Shown one piece after another: positions 13,625 through 27,232 of a stretch of 64,000 bases of DNA; position 1 is the stretch's first letter, and each line of letters starts with the position of its first letter. Below the pieces are notes generated by a model. That model saw nothing but the letters and a program-made list of their open reading frames with translations. It searched no databases and was not told where the DNA came from. Source of the DNA: Lama glama (taxonomy: Eukaryota); assembly GCA_028534125.1 (NCBI GenBank), contig CM052817.1, forward strand, positions 32,428,001 to 32,492,000. Reading direction: 5' to 3'. The position numbers were made by a program, and so were the translations under genes.

Positions 13625-13805
13625 CGTGTTCTCAATCTGGACTGCACATCAGAATCATCTGGATAGTGTTAAAAAAAAAAATCCCTCATGTGCTGGCTGA
13701 ACCCCAGACCAATGAAATCAGAATAACTTGGCATGAAACCCAGGCAACAGTATTTGTCACAGCTCTTCAGATAACACCCATGTTCGGCCAAGTTTGAGAA
13801 CCATG
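13625..13805. mobile_element. MER5-type hAT-Charlie element
   Basis: gttctcaatctggactgcacatcagaatcatctgg...aagtttgagaacca. Confidence 0.75.
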
Positions 13806-13860
13806 TTCTACCATGTCATGTTTCCTCCTTGAGGGAAAACTGGCATTTAGAAGCTATAAT

Positions 13861-14085
13861 GTGGGGAAGGTATATAGCTCAGTGGCGGAGAGCATGCTTA
13901 GGCATGCAGGGGGTCCAGGGTTCAATCCCCAGTACCTCTATTAATATACACAAACAAACAAACTTAATTATCTCCTTCCAAAAAACCAAACCAACCAAAC
14001 CAAACCAAAACAAAACAAAACAAAAAATCCCCAAACAAATTAAAAAGCCAAAAAAAGAAAAAAGAAAGAATAAGAAAAGAATTGC
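13861..14085 (+). mobile_element. Full-length camelid-type tRNA-derived SINE with TSD
   Basis: A/B boxes (tagctcagtgg, gggttcaatccc), long A-rich tail, TSD tagaagctataat at 13848-60 and 14086-98. Confidence 0.92.
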
Positions 14086-14599
14086 TAGAAGCTATAATAT
14101 AAAAGGCCAAGATATGACACTTCAAAAATGTTAAGATATTCGTTGTCTTATTCAACAATTATTTATTGAGAATCTTCTCTGTGTCTGGTGGCATGATTCT
14201 ACCAAGAGACCCCAGTAAATAAGACAAAGTTCCTGGCAGTCTGGTTACAGGCATGATTATCACCTTGGCTAGACACGGTGACCTTCTCCCATGGTGCTGA
14301 ACTCCCTCACTCTTGCACCATTTCTTAACTTGACCCTGGTGCTGATCATTTTCTTCCTGCATGAGGATTTAGAGCACTGTGATGGTGGTGGGATGTATGG
14401 ACACGTCCACTCTGTAAAGATGCCTGTGAAAAGTTCTACTCAGTGCCCCTTATAAAGAAAATAAAATCTTCTGCTACCTACCTTTTGCTAGAATAGGAGA
14501 GCCACGTAATCCATTATGCTCTTCTCTTTGACTTGGCTGCGAGGAGGCTTGGAACCATGTTTTGTGGACAAGCCTGGTGGGTTTCCATCACTGCATCTC

Positions 14600-15120
14600 T
14601 CCTGGTATGTTTCCCTCTGTACCAGTCAGAGCCTTGGCCCTCCTGACACTTGAACAGGGTCATTGTCAAGAGTTCAGTGAAGGTCTGGGGAGGGTTAAGA
14701 GAAATCAGTGAGTTATGATGGAACATTTTGGGGCTAGCTGAAGCTGGAAGCAAGCCATTCCAGCCTGAGCCTGGAGAAGAAATGAGAAGCAGCAGTTGCT
14801 GGAACATGGAAGGTGTTTGCAGCTGTTATAGAGGGCTGCCTGATGGGGACTGTAGCCGTGGGTGGAGTACCACAACCACTGCCAACCCAAGGTCCTGCAG
14901 GGAATAGCCTGGAGCAAATATTCCAATGTCTTTCTCTTTTGACCTTCAGTCCCTTGCCAGGGATGGCTACTGGACAAAATGGACAGAAATCAGACAGAAG
15001 TCGGAAGCCCGATTGATAAACTCCACAGAGGTCAGTGTCCCAGGGCACAGAGCAGGGGGAAGGGGGGATCTGGAAGGGCAAGGAGACAACCCAGCACTGC
15101 ACCTTACCTAGGCAATGAGC
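14600..15120 (-). mobile_element. ERVL LTR (LTR16/33-like)
   Basis: agagttcagtgaaggtctgggagggttaagagaaatcagtgag...ggggctagctgaagctggaagc. Confidence 0.5.
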
Positions 15121-16664
15121 CTCACACTTTAAGTGGGTTCTGCCACAACTGTGCCTTTTATTGCTTGCCACTTCTTTTGTTATTTTTTACTTTAAAATTG
15201 GGCTTAAAATGGGTAAGAGTTTAGAGACAGTAGTAAAGCCATGAAATAACACCCTTTATTGTGATTGAAACACGTAAGGGAAGTACAAGACCATCACCAT
15301 CTTCCTACATGTCCACGGTTGGATTTCAGGAATTCTTATGGGAAATAAGCCAACAAGGCCATCTTTATGATTGAATCATCTCCTCTGTGTCTCTCACAGT
15401 CATCTGCTCCAACCATATATCTTAGGATAAACTGGAGGGCTGATTCTTTTCTGACAGATCTGTATATTGCTCTTTAGGGATCTGACTAGAGTAAATTCTC
15501 CTGTCATGTTTTTTAAAGTCAGCTATACAAGTTGAGGACCCCAAGTGATTTTTCTTTCTTTCTTTCTTCCTCCTTTCCTTTCTTTCTTTCTTCTTCTTCT
15601 CTTTTTTTAAACATGTATTTTGTTTAAGATTTTGAGGACACAGAAATGTAAGAAGGAAATAGCAATTCCTTAACTCCTCACCTAGAGATGACTATTATAA
15701 ACACTTAAGCATATTTTCTTTATGTCTCTCTGTTTACGTATCTCCTTTACCACCACCGCCATCACAGCAGCACTTACTAAGAACTTGGCACTATTCTAGG
15801 CACTTAACCATATAAAGTAAAAATTCTTGTGATCTTAATTTACAGATGAGGAGATTGAGGCAGACAAAGATTATTTAATTTGCCCAAGGTCTCAGTGAAA
15901 GTAAGTGGTGGGACTGGAATTTGAACCAGAACACTGCAGTTAAGTGCTCATATTTCAAGTCACAAAACAGGTGATATGACCAAAAATTCCAAACCATCAA
16001 AACCTTTATCCTGGCATCTGACATTCCAAAAGGGGAGCCTTGTCAATGACAAAAGGCTTGGTGTTCACAAAACTAAAAACAGACCAAATGACCAACAGAA
16101 ATACTGCTCTTGTTGATGTTATGACCAGGCAGAAGTAATCTTATAAACACATGGCCACTGTGTAATGTAACTAATGATGCTATTTATTCTTTCATTTATT
16201 GTGCATTATTATTAAACACCTGCTCTGGGTCAGGCATTGTTCTGGGTGCTAGCAACATAGTAGTTAATGACATTCGTGTTAGGGATCTTACACTGTAGTG
16301 GGAGAGACAGACGATGAGCAAGTAAATAAATTCATAATATATCATTTCAAGTCAGGGGAGATTGCCAGAGTAGAGACTTCAGGAACACCCCAACTAGGGC
16401 AAAAGATGAGTTTCGTGGTCTGTGCTTTGTAGCATCTCTCCATAAAGACCAAGGAGAATTCAGGAAAGGCAACCAACCCGGGGGTGCAGCACACTCCATA
16501 GAGGAAGATTTTGGATTTTAAAGAAAAATAGATGGACTTTGTATCCTGTAATTAATCAACTGTAAATATGGTTTTAAAATGTTTTTCATCCAACGATTAC
16601 TGAGTATTGGGGAAGATAGTAGTCAGGTCTGCCACCAGTGAACACCTGGAGTTAAATATGGAAG

Positions 16665-16853
16665 AATGGTTCTCAAACTTGCACTTACATCAGAATTCCC
16701 AAGAAGGCTTATTAAAACCTAGATGACCAGCTCACTGCAGGAGGTTTTGGTTTTGAGGGTCTGGGGTGGAGTCCAATAATTTGCATCCTAATAAGTTCCC
16801 AAGTGCTGCTGCTGCTGCTGCTGCTTCAGGGATCATTCTTTGAGAACCACTGA
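16665..16853. mobile_element. MER5A-like element with internal (GCT)n
   Basis: tggttctcaaacttg...atttgcatcctaataagttccc...tttgagaaccactg. Confidence 0.8.
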
Positions 16854-17978
16854 TGTAAACCCCTGGGTCTTAAGAGACTGCTTGGGTGGTGGTGGTGGTA
16901 GAGATTCCAGGAGTTGGAGTGATATCCTGAGGGTAGAGTTGAAATCCTCTTGTAAAAACTAGGTGGCCTGGCCTAACTCATCTTTTTTGAACTCCATTCT
17001 ATTATTTATTTAGAAGTGAGCTGAAGAAGTGCTTGCTCCCGAACAGGGCCAGGCTTTTTCCCTGGGGAAATTGTTTTCAAAGGGCTATAAAGCACAGATA
17101 AATGGGTACTTGAAGCTCCAAGTTCTATTCCATTTGTCTAGCCAAAGCTGTTTTTGCCTGGAAAACTCTCAGGAATATGCAAACAAAACATGTGTCAAAT
17201 ATATATTTTATACTGGTAAAAATACATCACAGAGTCATAAAATTATATTTTACACTGATCAAAAATCCCTTAAAAATAGACACCTTTCCAAATTAATAAA
17301 AAGCTCTTTAAAGCCATCATTTTAATAGATAACAACATTCCGTCCTGTGATGATATGTCATCTACTGAATCATTTCTCTTTTGGAGATTTCTGCTGTTTT
17401 TGCTCCTACATAAAACAGTAAAATGAATAGTTATGCACATTGATGTTTGCCTACATTTCTAATTATTCTAGATTATTTGAAGTGGAGTTGCTGAGTCAAG
17501 ATGAACATTTCTAATGTGAGTGAAATGTAATTCCATTTGTCATTTCTGACTAAGAGGTACTTAAATGTGAACACTGTCACAAGAGGAGCATGATTTTGGC
17601 TTTCTTCTTTGCCATTTAAATAAGACTAAGCTTCTTGTTCTCAAAATAATAAGCATGTGATTCATCTAGAAGGAAAAGAAATTTCACATCAAAGTGTCCC
17701 AAAAGAGAATTTATGAAAGTCTCTTTGAAGAGGCAGCAAACGGAAAATTCTGCCACACAACACACAACAAAAATTCCTAAACACAATCTTAAAACATCTC
17801 TCTCTCCCCAGAGTTGCATCTTTCTAGCAGCTGCTTCCCTCCTCTCCCACCCCCCAATCTCTGGTCTCTGTCTTTCTCTCCAACCTCAGCCGATCTCTAA
17901 CACCTTGTGCTTCTGCCTTCCAGGTCCATGCCTATCTCATTTATTTAATGTAAGTGCTTTAGTTTTTAAAATTTCCAG

Positions 17979-18280
17979 CCATAATCTTGAATAATAAAAA
18001 GAAGGATCAGAAATGGCTGAGCAAAGAATTCTCTTTAAGAGGCTCTGGAGGGAAGCCCTGTGAACTTTGCAAAAAGACACTGCAGGTTGGATTCTGCCAA
18101 AAGTCCCTCTTTAGCTTTGGCGTTGGCCCCCACTGTTGGAAGGCTGAGTAGCCAAAGGCTTCTTCAGTATCATTTCTGGCCTCCCTGAACTTGGGTGGGC
18201 TCAAGGATTGCGTGATTGGGTAAATTCCAATCACATCTATGGTATCTAATGATTGCAACCAAGTCTACATTATGGACAAG
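17979..18280 (+). pseudogene. Possible exon remnant (RGS-like, heavily frameshifted)
   Basis: atttccAG acceptor and AAG|gtatgc donor. Fragments DQKWLSKEFSLRGSGG, REAL*TLQKDTAG and RLLQYHFW lie in different frames. Confidence 0.35.
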
Positions 18281-18769
18281 GTATGCCAGTTAAACTGATT
18301 AACATTTCGAATACTCACTTTTAAACGTAGGTAAGCATTGTTGGCGTAACTTGAATTAAAAATCTCTCTATGTGTTTAATATGTTGAACTTCTATTATTT
18401 CCTTGAAGTAGGCATGCCCTGACTAATTCCAAGAATGTAATATTATGCTAATTTTGAATTACTGTAAAAGTTGTTGACCTTACATACAAAAACAAAAGAT
18501 CTTGCAAGCAGTTAAATAGATAAATTGATTCACTCTAGGAACATTAAGAGAATGTCTTAGCTAGATAGCTTTAGGAAGAAATTTACATTCTTTTCTAGCC
18601 AACAAGAGCTTATAAAAATTAAAATAATAATACAAGGCCAGCTAATAAAACTCAGTTTTATTCATAATTAGAATCTTTGTGGAATTGTTTGGTGTGCTAG
18701 CATTCCTAAAACTAAACAAAATAATATTAAAGAAATTATTTAATTTTGAGTGATTTAAACCCATTTTAG

Positions 18770-19090
18770 GTTATGCTTCTTTCAAGAAAAAGACCTCTTT
18801 GAGAGTTTTGGTGAATGAATTAAAAGCAGAATGCCAACTTTTTCATCTCAGAATTATGTAAGGAGCAACACCTTCATAACCATGTACAGCAGCATCTATG
18901 GTAAATTATCGTCAATCCTGATAATAGAAAATATACGCTCTGATGAAAACAAGAAAATACTAGAGAAAAATGAAGTATCTAAAAAACCTCTCCCTCCTCT
19001 TCTGCCATCAGTTGCCATCATTTTAAAGTGAGGGTCTCTTAAGTGCAGCAAATATGAAGGCAAGTGACCCCAGGAGCAAACTAGCAACTG
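18770..19090 (+). pseudogene. Possible exon remnant
   Basis: ccattttAG acceptor; reads YASFKKRPL*EFW*MN, resembling an RGS F..F...FW helix. Non-repetitive sequence. Confidence 0.3.
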
Positions 19091-19965
19091 ACAAAGCTCA
19101 GAAACTATTGCTCCAAATTCTAATCATAAATATGTAAAATTTAGCTAAGCCAAGGTTAAACAATAAAGGTCTGACAATAATTATAATAATAATTTAGATT
19201 TATTGTGGTTATCCCAGAAGTATGTTCTCTGATTAGAATATTTGGCTTAGGGTGAATTTTGATTTATTTTTTTTCACCCAGACATTTGCAGTTCAGTCAC
19301 AATGTGTATTTGCCACATCTCTCATTTACTTGAATATTTCTAATCCTGTCAAAGCTCATTAGCGAAAACTGCAGTTGATTGCAGCAACAGGAGCTTGGGC
19401 CAAAACTGCCTTATGAAAACATTCCCATCTGGATGTGAATTTTTCAGCTTTCCTCAATGAGGCATTCAATTGGCAAAAGCAGAGGTTTTCTACGATCAGG
19501 AAAATTTTCTCTTCTCGAACATTCTTCTCTTCCAGATCTTCAAGTACCTGATATATTGTTTCTAATTAGGACATTGTATTTGCTTACTAGACACCGAGAG
19601 GATTCTAGTCCCTATTTTCTGCTTAAAAATGCTTACTGATGTTCACAATGGCAGGAGAGCTTAGAGGCCGTCGTATCCCAAATCCTCACTTCACAGATGG
19701 AAACAGGCTTGAGGAGGTGAAGGAATTTGTCCAAGGTCCAGCAGCTAACTCAGGCAGAAGTGACACAGGAGCCAGCTTCCCAATATGCAATCCTGCATTC
19801 GGTCCAGAGAAGTAAGTTGTCACCCTCAATCTATCTTTTTTTCTCCTTCTCAGTGCCATGCTCCTGACCAAAATAAGAAGCATCTTCTTTTTTTTCTTCT
19901 CACATCTATTTTTAATTCAACTTTCAAACTCTGATGGGACAGAGCTTCTTTGATCTCTTTCTAAG

Positions 19966-20290
19966 TATTTCCTGAGTATTTCAACCTGCTCCCTCGTGGG
20001 TTTAATGAGCATCACAGATGATCCATTGATGTTTCCGGCTCAAGAACCATTCATTATCACAGTGATTATTACAAAATGCGTTTTGGCAAGTGCTCCTTCC
20101 TCTTAATTCTGAAACTCATGTGTGTTCGACAGGAAATGGAGTCCATGTGTTTTTGACTCATTTACACCCAGGTCATTGAATGTGGTTGGTCAGAGCTAAC
20201 TGGACTCTAAGTAGTCCTCCGGGCCTTTTCATAACACGGTGATGGTCTGAGCTTCTGCAAGACGTCACTGGCCAGATTGTGTGCAGCTAG
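19966..20290 (+). pseudogene. Exon remnant: module A, RGS domain 1
   Basis: tctctttctaAG acceptor. Reads LMSITDDPLM, then after a frameshift FRLKNHSLSQ*LLQNAFWQVL...HVFLTHLHPG...ELLQDVTGQIVC. Compare recalled RGSL1 ALCADACAGNPFRDHLKK..QLLDLWQDL and RGS22 YLFATYVAPS. Confidence 0.55.
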
Positions 20291-20980
20291 TGTTCCAACT
20301 CCAGCTCTTCTAAGTTGACTCTGACATACTCCCATTCACCTTTTCTTAATTAACTCCATATTTGTGATGTTTACTTTGGATGACTTTGTGAGACTGAGAC
20401 AAGCTTCAGTACCCTATCCTCCTTCTAGAAACGTCTAGAAGTAATCATATAAATAATAATACCAAATGTTTATTGAGCATTTACTATGTGCCAGATACTG
20501 TTTTAGGCACTCCACCTGTATTTAATTCTCACCATAACGCAGTGACATGGATAGGATTATTATTTCCATTTTAAAGACTGGAAAATAGAGGCCCAAGGTC
20601 ACTAATGGCATTGAAGCCACAGACTGAACCCAGTCAGTCAAGCTCCAGAGTCAGTTCTTTTGACAACTATGTAATCATTGTGTGAAACCATGACTCTGTG
20701 TCCATGATCAACTATTTCCTTATGCTGGATATGAGATACTTCAGTGAATAGGCCTATCAATGTTAACTTTTCTTAGACAACTACCTCAATGATTCATATA
20801 TGTTAAGATTTGCAATTACCATGGCTACTGTAAAATGCCCTTACAAATTCCTTTAGCCAAGAAGAGAGCAGTTTAAGTTGGACCCACCTGCCTGTAATTT
20901 GATTCCAGGGGCAGTATTAAGACTATACACAATCCAAGGTGAGACAGGCTGCTCTTACCCAGGAGACTTGACTGAATGCT

Positions 20981-20994
20981 GTTGTCATGGCAAC
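20981..20994. promoter_or_regulatory. RFX X-box-like palindrome
   Basis: GTTGTCATGGCAAC, one mismatch from the perfect palindrome GTTGCCATGGCAAC. Confidence 0.45.
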
Positions 20995-23768
20995 ATGGCC
21001 CAGGCAGGACTAATGCCATGCACCTAGGAAATGCTATGGGCACACTGAATTGAATGTTGAAAGCCAGAGACCTAATTGGAAGGCATGAGGAAACTTGGGA
21101 GGAGGGCCGACTTCCATCAGGCCAGGATGAATCCTGTCCTCATAGCTCTGTCCACACTCTTTTGCACCTTAAGTTGCTTTGTGGGAATATGGGCCAGGGG
21201 GACAGGTACGGTGGTCATGCTTTAGCTCAGCTGCATCTCTGGCCTTTCTCTGAATATTAGTCAAATCAAAACATGTTTGCAGAAGAAGGACCAGAGAAGC
21301 CACTATCTTTGAACCATGTAGAACAAGTTATGGATTCTTGAAGCTGCAGTGGGGTCCCATTCCTGATTTCATGGCTTACTCTTTGCTCACGTTTTAGCTA
21401 CACAACCTTAGGCCTCAAAGACACAGCCAACCTTGTAATTAAAAGTGATAAATATTTTATTTGGTCTCCTGATCAAAAGCTTAGGATTATCTCCTGGATA
21501 ATCTCATCAGGTCATCCACCATCTATATTGTGACTCCCAAGCCTCAGCCTGTAGCTCACACCTCTTTACAGTGTTGAGAAACTGCACAGCCATTTGCCAG
21601 CTGCACATCTCTATTTGGAGGTCCCATAGGATTGCAAACTCAGTGTCTAAAATTGAACTTATCAATCCTTCTTCCCTGCTCCCACAACAGGCTCCTTCCC
21701 TTTGTATTCCTGTCTCAGTAAAAGACTCTAAGATTCCTCTCCTTCCTCACCTCCTTTCCATTCAGTCTATCAAGTGATGTCAAGTCTCCCTCTTTACCAT
21801 GTGTTAAATCAGCACACCTACTCTAACTGCCTTTCTCCTCCCACAGTTTCCCCTCTGCAACCCTTTTTACCTGGCTATAAATAGCTCTCACCTGCATTGA
21901 TGCACCACATCTCTCTGCCTCCCACCCATTCTCTACCCTGTATCCATGGATGATTGTCTCTTCATGGCTCTCTATTGCCGGAGGGATAAAATCTTAATTC
22001 CTTACTGATTTGTCTTTCTCTCTAGACTGTGAGTTCCTTGAGCAAAGGAATGTAGTCCAATTCATAATTCAATATTCACAGAATAATATTTGTTGAGTGA
22101 GAGAAAGTGCCTACAGTGATTCCATTCCATGGCAAAACACAGCTCTCCTTTTTCTTCCAGAGTTTAGGGGGAGAGGGTCAAGTAGGGGGACAATCAGGGG
22201 TGATGATCTCTGCCTCTCTCGAGTCTTTCAAATAGGAAAGAAGGAAAGTAACCCTCAGCTAGCTGTGTTCCAGTTCTGGGCCACTAGATATCTTAAAGGG
22301 ATAAGCTCACTGTATCCCAGCAGATACCCTGTGAATATTACTATCTTCATTTTACAGACGATAAAATTGAGATCCAGTAAAGAATATGCCCAGGCTCACA
22401 AGCTATGTAATTAATCAAGCTTGAAATTGACCAAACCATCTTTCAAACCTTAATCTGGCTAACTCCAAACTTGTGCCTCCTTATGTCCATCAACCATATA
22501 AAATTTTATCTAAAACTAAGTCTAATAACCTTGTACATAAACCACATCTGATTCAAGCATCCTGTCCACCCTCCCTCAAAAGCCCTTGTGCTCACTCAGT
22601 CCTCTATTCCACCCATCACAGCCCCTCAACCACAGCCCACAGTCTCCAGCAGAGCTCAGAGTCGGCCAGTCTGACTTAGAGATAAGGAGAATGTTATGGA
22701 ACTTTCCTGATCCATTAATATGCATTTTGTTTTCCCAGACCAGTTAGGGAATTTTCATTAAAATTCTTATCTGTAACTGTTTAGTTAGAAGACATATTTC
22801 CCTCTTTCATAGGTCTGATTCTTGGGAAGAATTAGAGAAGCTAAGTAAAAATACCCAGGGTGCAAAGAGGGAAGTGAATTTCCTGGCATCTGAGTTTGAA
22901 GCTTTCAGAACTTTGGCCCCATGTAGGTGCTGAGGTGAAAGGGGCAATTCGAGCACAGTGAGATTGAATGCGATTCCTCTTGGAGCACAAGTATGTGAGT
23001 GAAGGAAACAATAACATGGGTCATAAGCTCGGGGAAGACGAGTGCAAGATGGGAGCTGTTGTCCAACTCAATTCATTTTAAAACTCAACCACATTCTTAA
23101 GCACTTATCATGTACCCAGCACCGAATACAGAAATAAATAAGACATGGTTCCTGCTGGTGAGCTCACAGTCCAGTCAAGCAGGCAGACGTGAAAACAAAG
23201 AAGTAACAATTTATTATGATAATTACTCTAAGTACCTGCATGGCACAGGAGAGAAAGCAAGGGGCTTGTTTTGAGAATCCTAGGGAATTTAGAATTTAGG
23301 ATTCTCAGGGGACATGGCATCTCTGTGGAGTTTAGAAGGACGAATAGGAGTTCATCAGACTGAAAGGCGGAGAAAAGTGCTTTAGGTGGAGGGGAAAAAC
23401 ACATGCAAAATCATACAAGCAAAAATGAACAAACAAAAAGCCCACAACTGTGTAGCGTCTGGCAAGGGCTGCTTACAGACCACATGAGTGTGCATAAGAG
23501 GGTGTGTGCACATCTGTGACGAATCACTGTCTTCTTCCATCTTCTAACGACAGAGAGACATGTAGGGTTAATTACGAGCAATGCCCTCCCTCTCGAATTC
23601 TTGATGTATTTCCTAAAGAATGAGTCAAGTCTAAGTATGCTGTGTATGTCTGAATATCCATCGAGGAAAGAATAACACAGGAGGGAAAGGGTCTTATAAA
23701 TGTCACAGCACTGTCCATTTTTATATGATATATGAAATAATATAAATTCACTGCTCTCATAAATTTAG

Positions 23769-24168
23769 AGAGAAGTCCAACCTTCGCTGCTTGTGTATGA
23801 GGGCTGTTGGACTTTGTGAATAAAGCATTCTCATATGCTCTAGGGACCTTTTGATAGCTGCATTATTAGGTTCTTATGGAATGGATTCGGTGGTCTAAGT
23901 CCTCTGGGGGTTGGGATATTCAAGAGAACATCAAATCCAGCTTGTGTGATTTGCCCGGGATGTCAGTCAGCGCTGTCTCTGGCAGCCCCTGGAGAAAGTT
24001 GGCATCATCCTCCTGCATATTTCATTTCTAATGAGCTAGTTCTCTTGCACGAGGCTTTCTACGAGCCCCAGGATAACATGGAGATGTCGGTGGATTCTGC
24101 TCAATTTTGCCAGCTTTTCCTCAGGTTAAAAGGATGCCAAATTCAACACTAGCTGCTGCTTTTAGGAG
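23769..24168 (+). pseudogene. Exon remnant: module A linker
   Basis: tttAG ... GAG|gtgagc. 23918-24007 reads IQENIKSSLCDLPGMSVSAVSGSPWRKLAS; recalled RGSL1 has IQQSLELSQALADMKEMDYRQWRKIAT. Confidence 0.6.
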
Positions 24169-24419
24169 GTGAGCTCTCTGTGTGATGATAAATTGGAGTT
24201 CAGAAGACTGAAATCTTTTCCCAGTTTTGCAGATATGAGTTAGAGAGTTGGACACACGGAAGCTTGCTCATTAGTTTGCTGTTAGAACATGTCTGGGTTT
24301 GTGACAGAGACTTGAGAGCTGCTTCCTATATTCCTCCTCTTCCTTAGAAATACCATCTTGAAGACTATATTCCCAGTTCCCTTCAGTCCAGGTTGACCAT
24401 TGATATACAAGCAAAAGTT

Positions 24420-24760
24420 GTAGGGTGGGACTTCAAGAGTTGGTTCTGTTGATAGAACCACCATCTCCTCCCTTTCCACATTCTTCCTACTTCCTGCTTG
24501 GAATCATAACCCAATGGTTGGTGCTCCAGCAGCCATCTTGGATGATGAAGCAAACTTAATGATGGAAACCATGCACTATGGATGGAGGAGAAGAAAGATA
24601 GAAAAAGCCTGCATCCAGATGACATTGAAACCCTGCATTCTAGCCATGGACTGCCTTCTTCTACACTTTGTATTGTATAAGAGAAAAATAACTCCCTACA
24701 TCCTCTTTAAGCATATGTTATTTGGGTTTTCTACTATATGCAGCTGAAAACAATTCCTAA
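24420..24760 (+). mobile_element. Old MaLR LTR (MLT1J/K-like)
   Basis: tggtgctccagcagccatcttgga...tttaagcatatgttatttgggttttctactatatgcagctgaa. Confidence 0.7.
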
Positions 24761-25546
24761 TGGGAAACAGTTTAGTATTCTTTTCTATCATATATCAGTT
24801 TTCCTTAAACAGCAGGGAACACAGCTGCCAGCAATTCCAGAGAAAATATACAATAATTGTTCAGAGCTGGGGTGCAGGAGTCAGACTGCCTCAGGCAGCA
24901 TCCTGGCTCTACCACTCACAAGGTCATGACCTCAAACAAATGCCTGAACTATCTTGTGTCTCAGTTTCCTCTTTTTATAACAGGGCAAACAGTACTTACC
25001 TTTACAGAGTGGTTGTGAAGATCAAGTTAAACGAGATAACCTATGTAAAATGCTTTGAGTATGATCAGCACCTAACAGTCACTCAGCATGAATTAGTTCT
25101 TATTACTGGAGTTTTAGAAGTGTTAGATTATTCCAGCTCTGAGAACCTAGAAGGCACAGCAGCAGAGAAATCCCAAGGAAGGGCTGGGTTTGTTCCAGCT
25201 GGGGTGAAGATCCATGTGACCAGGAAGATGGGACACTAGGCTGGGTCTAGCCTGGGTCACACGCCCACCTGGTGTATCTGGTGCTTCCCCAGGTGGCCCT
25301 GCATGGGGAGACACACCCCCTGTTTCTAGGAATCTGTGAGTATAAGACACTCTTCCTTCGTGTATGTGTGCGCGTGCGTGCGTGCAGGCGAGCATGTGCA
25401 TGTGCAAGCATGCAGAAGTCTGCAATGTTTAGGAAACAGGGACTCAGACTTACTTTTCTTAAGCCTCAATTTTCTCACAGACTTGCATAACAGACACCAG
25501 GCTTTCCTGATGCTCATGGCTCTGCTTGCCAAGTTTTTTTTATCAG

Positions 25547-25688
25547 CCCTTACTCCAGGGCCTGGATGTTACTTCTCCAAGAATTATCTCTCTAATGAAT
25601 CATGACATTGGCCTCTTATTTTATTTTATCAGATTAACTCTCCTAGGAATATATTTTGTGTCCAAAGGAGATAATAGTAAAATATTCG
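25547..25688 (+). pseudogene. Exon remnant: module A, RGS domain 2 (N-half)
   Basis: ttttttttatcAG ... CG|gtaagt, both consensus. Reads ALTPGPGCYFSKNYLSNES*HWPLILFYQINSPRNI, the RGS pattern L....G..F..YL..E....L.F. Confidence 0.68.
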
Positions 25689-25943
25689 GTAAGTCAATTT
25701 TGTGGTTATATCTTAACAACTAAAAAGTTTCTCAGAGTCAATGGCTCTTTCTGGAGATTTTAGCATCTTAAAGGAGAAGTCTACCAGGCATGTCCAAAAG
25801 TGCAAGCAGAGGGTTGTGATCAGTGGTTACTGCTGCCTTGGGGACTAGGAGGTTGGCAGAGGGATGGGACTCCTTCTGGGAAAAATGAAGCTAACCTTTC
25901 ACCAAATCCAAAAGACTCTGGCACTGGGTTTTTTTTTTTCAAG

Positions 25944-26200
25944 TACATCGTGAAAGAGAAACATTTGAAAAGAGGCAATGGTCCCCCTTTAAAGAAGAAA
26001 AATAAGGATATGATTTATTTAAGTGGTCATCTTTCCAAGCTCTTTTCTTAGTCCTCACAAACCACCCAAGTTTTTGAAGCCACCAATGGCCCCATCACTG
26101 TTACCAAGAGAAGTTCTGGGAGGGTAGAGTTGGCTTTAGTATTGGTTTCCTGAGATAAAACTGTTTCCCAGGTTTCTGGGAGGCCTGAATCCATGATTGT
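25944..26200 (+). pseudogene. Exon remnants: module A, RGS domain 2 (C-half)
   Basis: Acceptors at 25943 (YIVKEKHLKRGNGPP) and 26051. 26140-26178 reads YWFPEIKLFPRFL, matching the RGS C-terminal (S)YPRFL motif. Confidence 0.58.
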
Positions 26201-27232
26201 ATCACCCACGTGGTTTTTCACATGATTGCTGAGGGCAGAGATCAAAGTTCAACAGAGCTGACGAGCTGAAAGAACAAGGAAGCTATCTGTTCTTTCTACC
26301 ACAGCTGCAGCTTAGAGTTCTAGATCTAACTAGATCCCCACTGAATCAGAAACATCTGGATTTTAACAAGCCTTCTCGGTGATTCTGCTGCACAAACAAG
26401 TTTGAGAACCATTACTCAGAGCCATATTTTATCTCCTTGTTTTCTCTTCCCAAGCTCAGGGTTTGAGGCTAGACAGACTGGAACCCCACTTTCTGATTAG
26501 GTGACCATGGTCAAGTTGATGTCTTTGAGTTTAGATGTATTTATTAGTATGGTGGGAATAATAATTATATCTCAATGTTGTTGCTGGGATTAAGTGAGTT
26601 AACGTATGTAGAACACTGAGTACTGTGCCTGGCAAAGAGAAAACACTCAGTGAACAGTTGCCGTTACTATTACAAGTACCATTACTGTTTTCTGCCTGTT
26701 TGTCACACCAATGACAAATCCAGCCACCAGAAGGAGGAAGAGCAGGAGTATTTTATAGCTCTGTGAACTGGAGGAAGTTATGCAAACTTTGGGCCTCAGT
26801 TCCTTCTCTGCTAAATAGAGATAACAGCATGTGCCTTGTTGGAGTGTTGGGAAGGTTAAATGAGCTAATACAAGTAAAGCATCTTAGCATAGTTCCTGGC
26901 CTGCAGGAAATGCTCAATTAATATTAGTGACAATGGGGATGATGCTCTAGTCCATTGGTCCACTCGTTTTTGTAGCTCTAACATGGTTGTCAGGGAAATG
27001 GTGGAAACAATTGAGATTCTTGGAGAAACAGCATCTTCAGCATGAGGACTTCTCTGTTCCACCCAAGCTGAGCGAGCCATTTCTTCCTCTTGGCAAAGGC
27101 CCCCATCGTGTTACTTATCACACTGCCTTCTCTCCTCGTGTCTATTGTTTACATCTCTGGTACAAATTAGTGTTCAATAAAAGTCTGTTAGTAAAAGACT
27201 ACTTCATCTCCAATTGTAATTATACATGTCAC

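Noticed and set aside
13863..13940. tRNA-like sequences (also at 28433, 45420, 48181, 49500, 51210)
   Set aside because: They are SINE heads with A-rich tails and TSDs, not tRNA genes.
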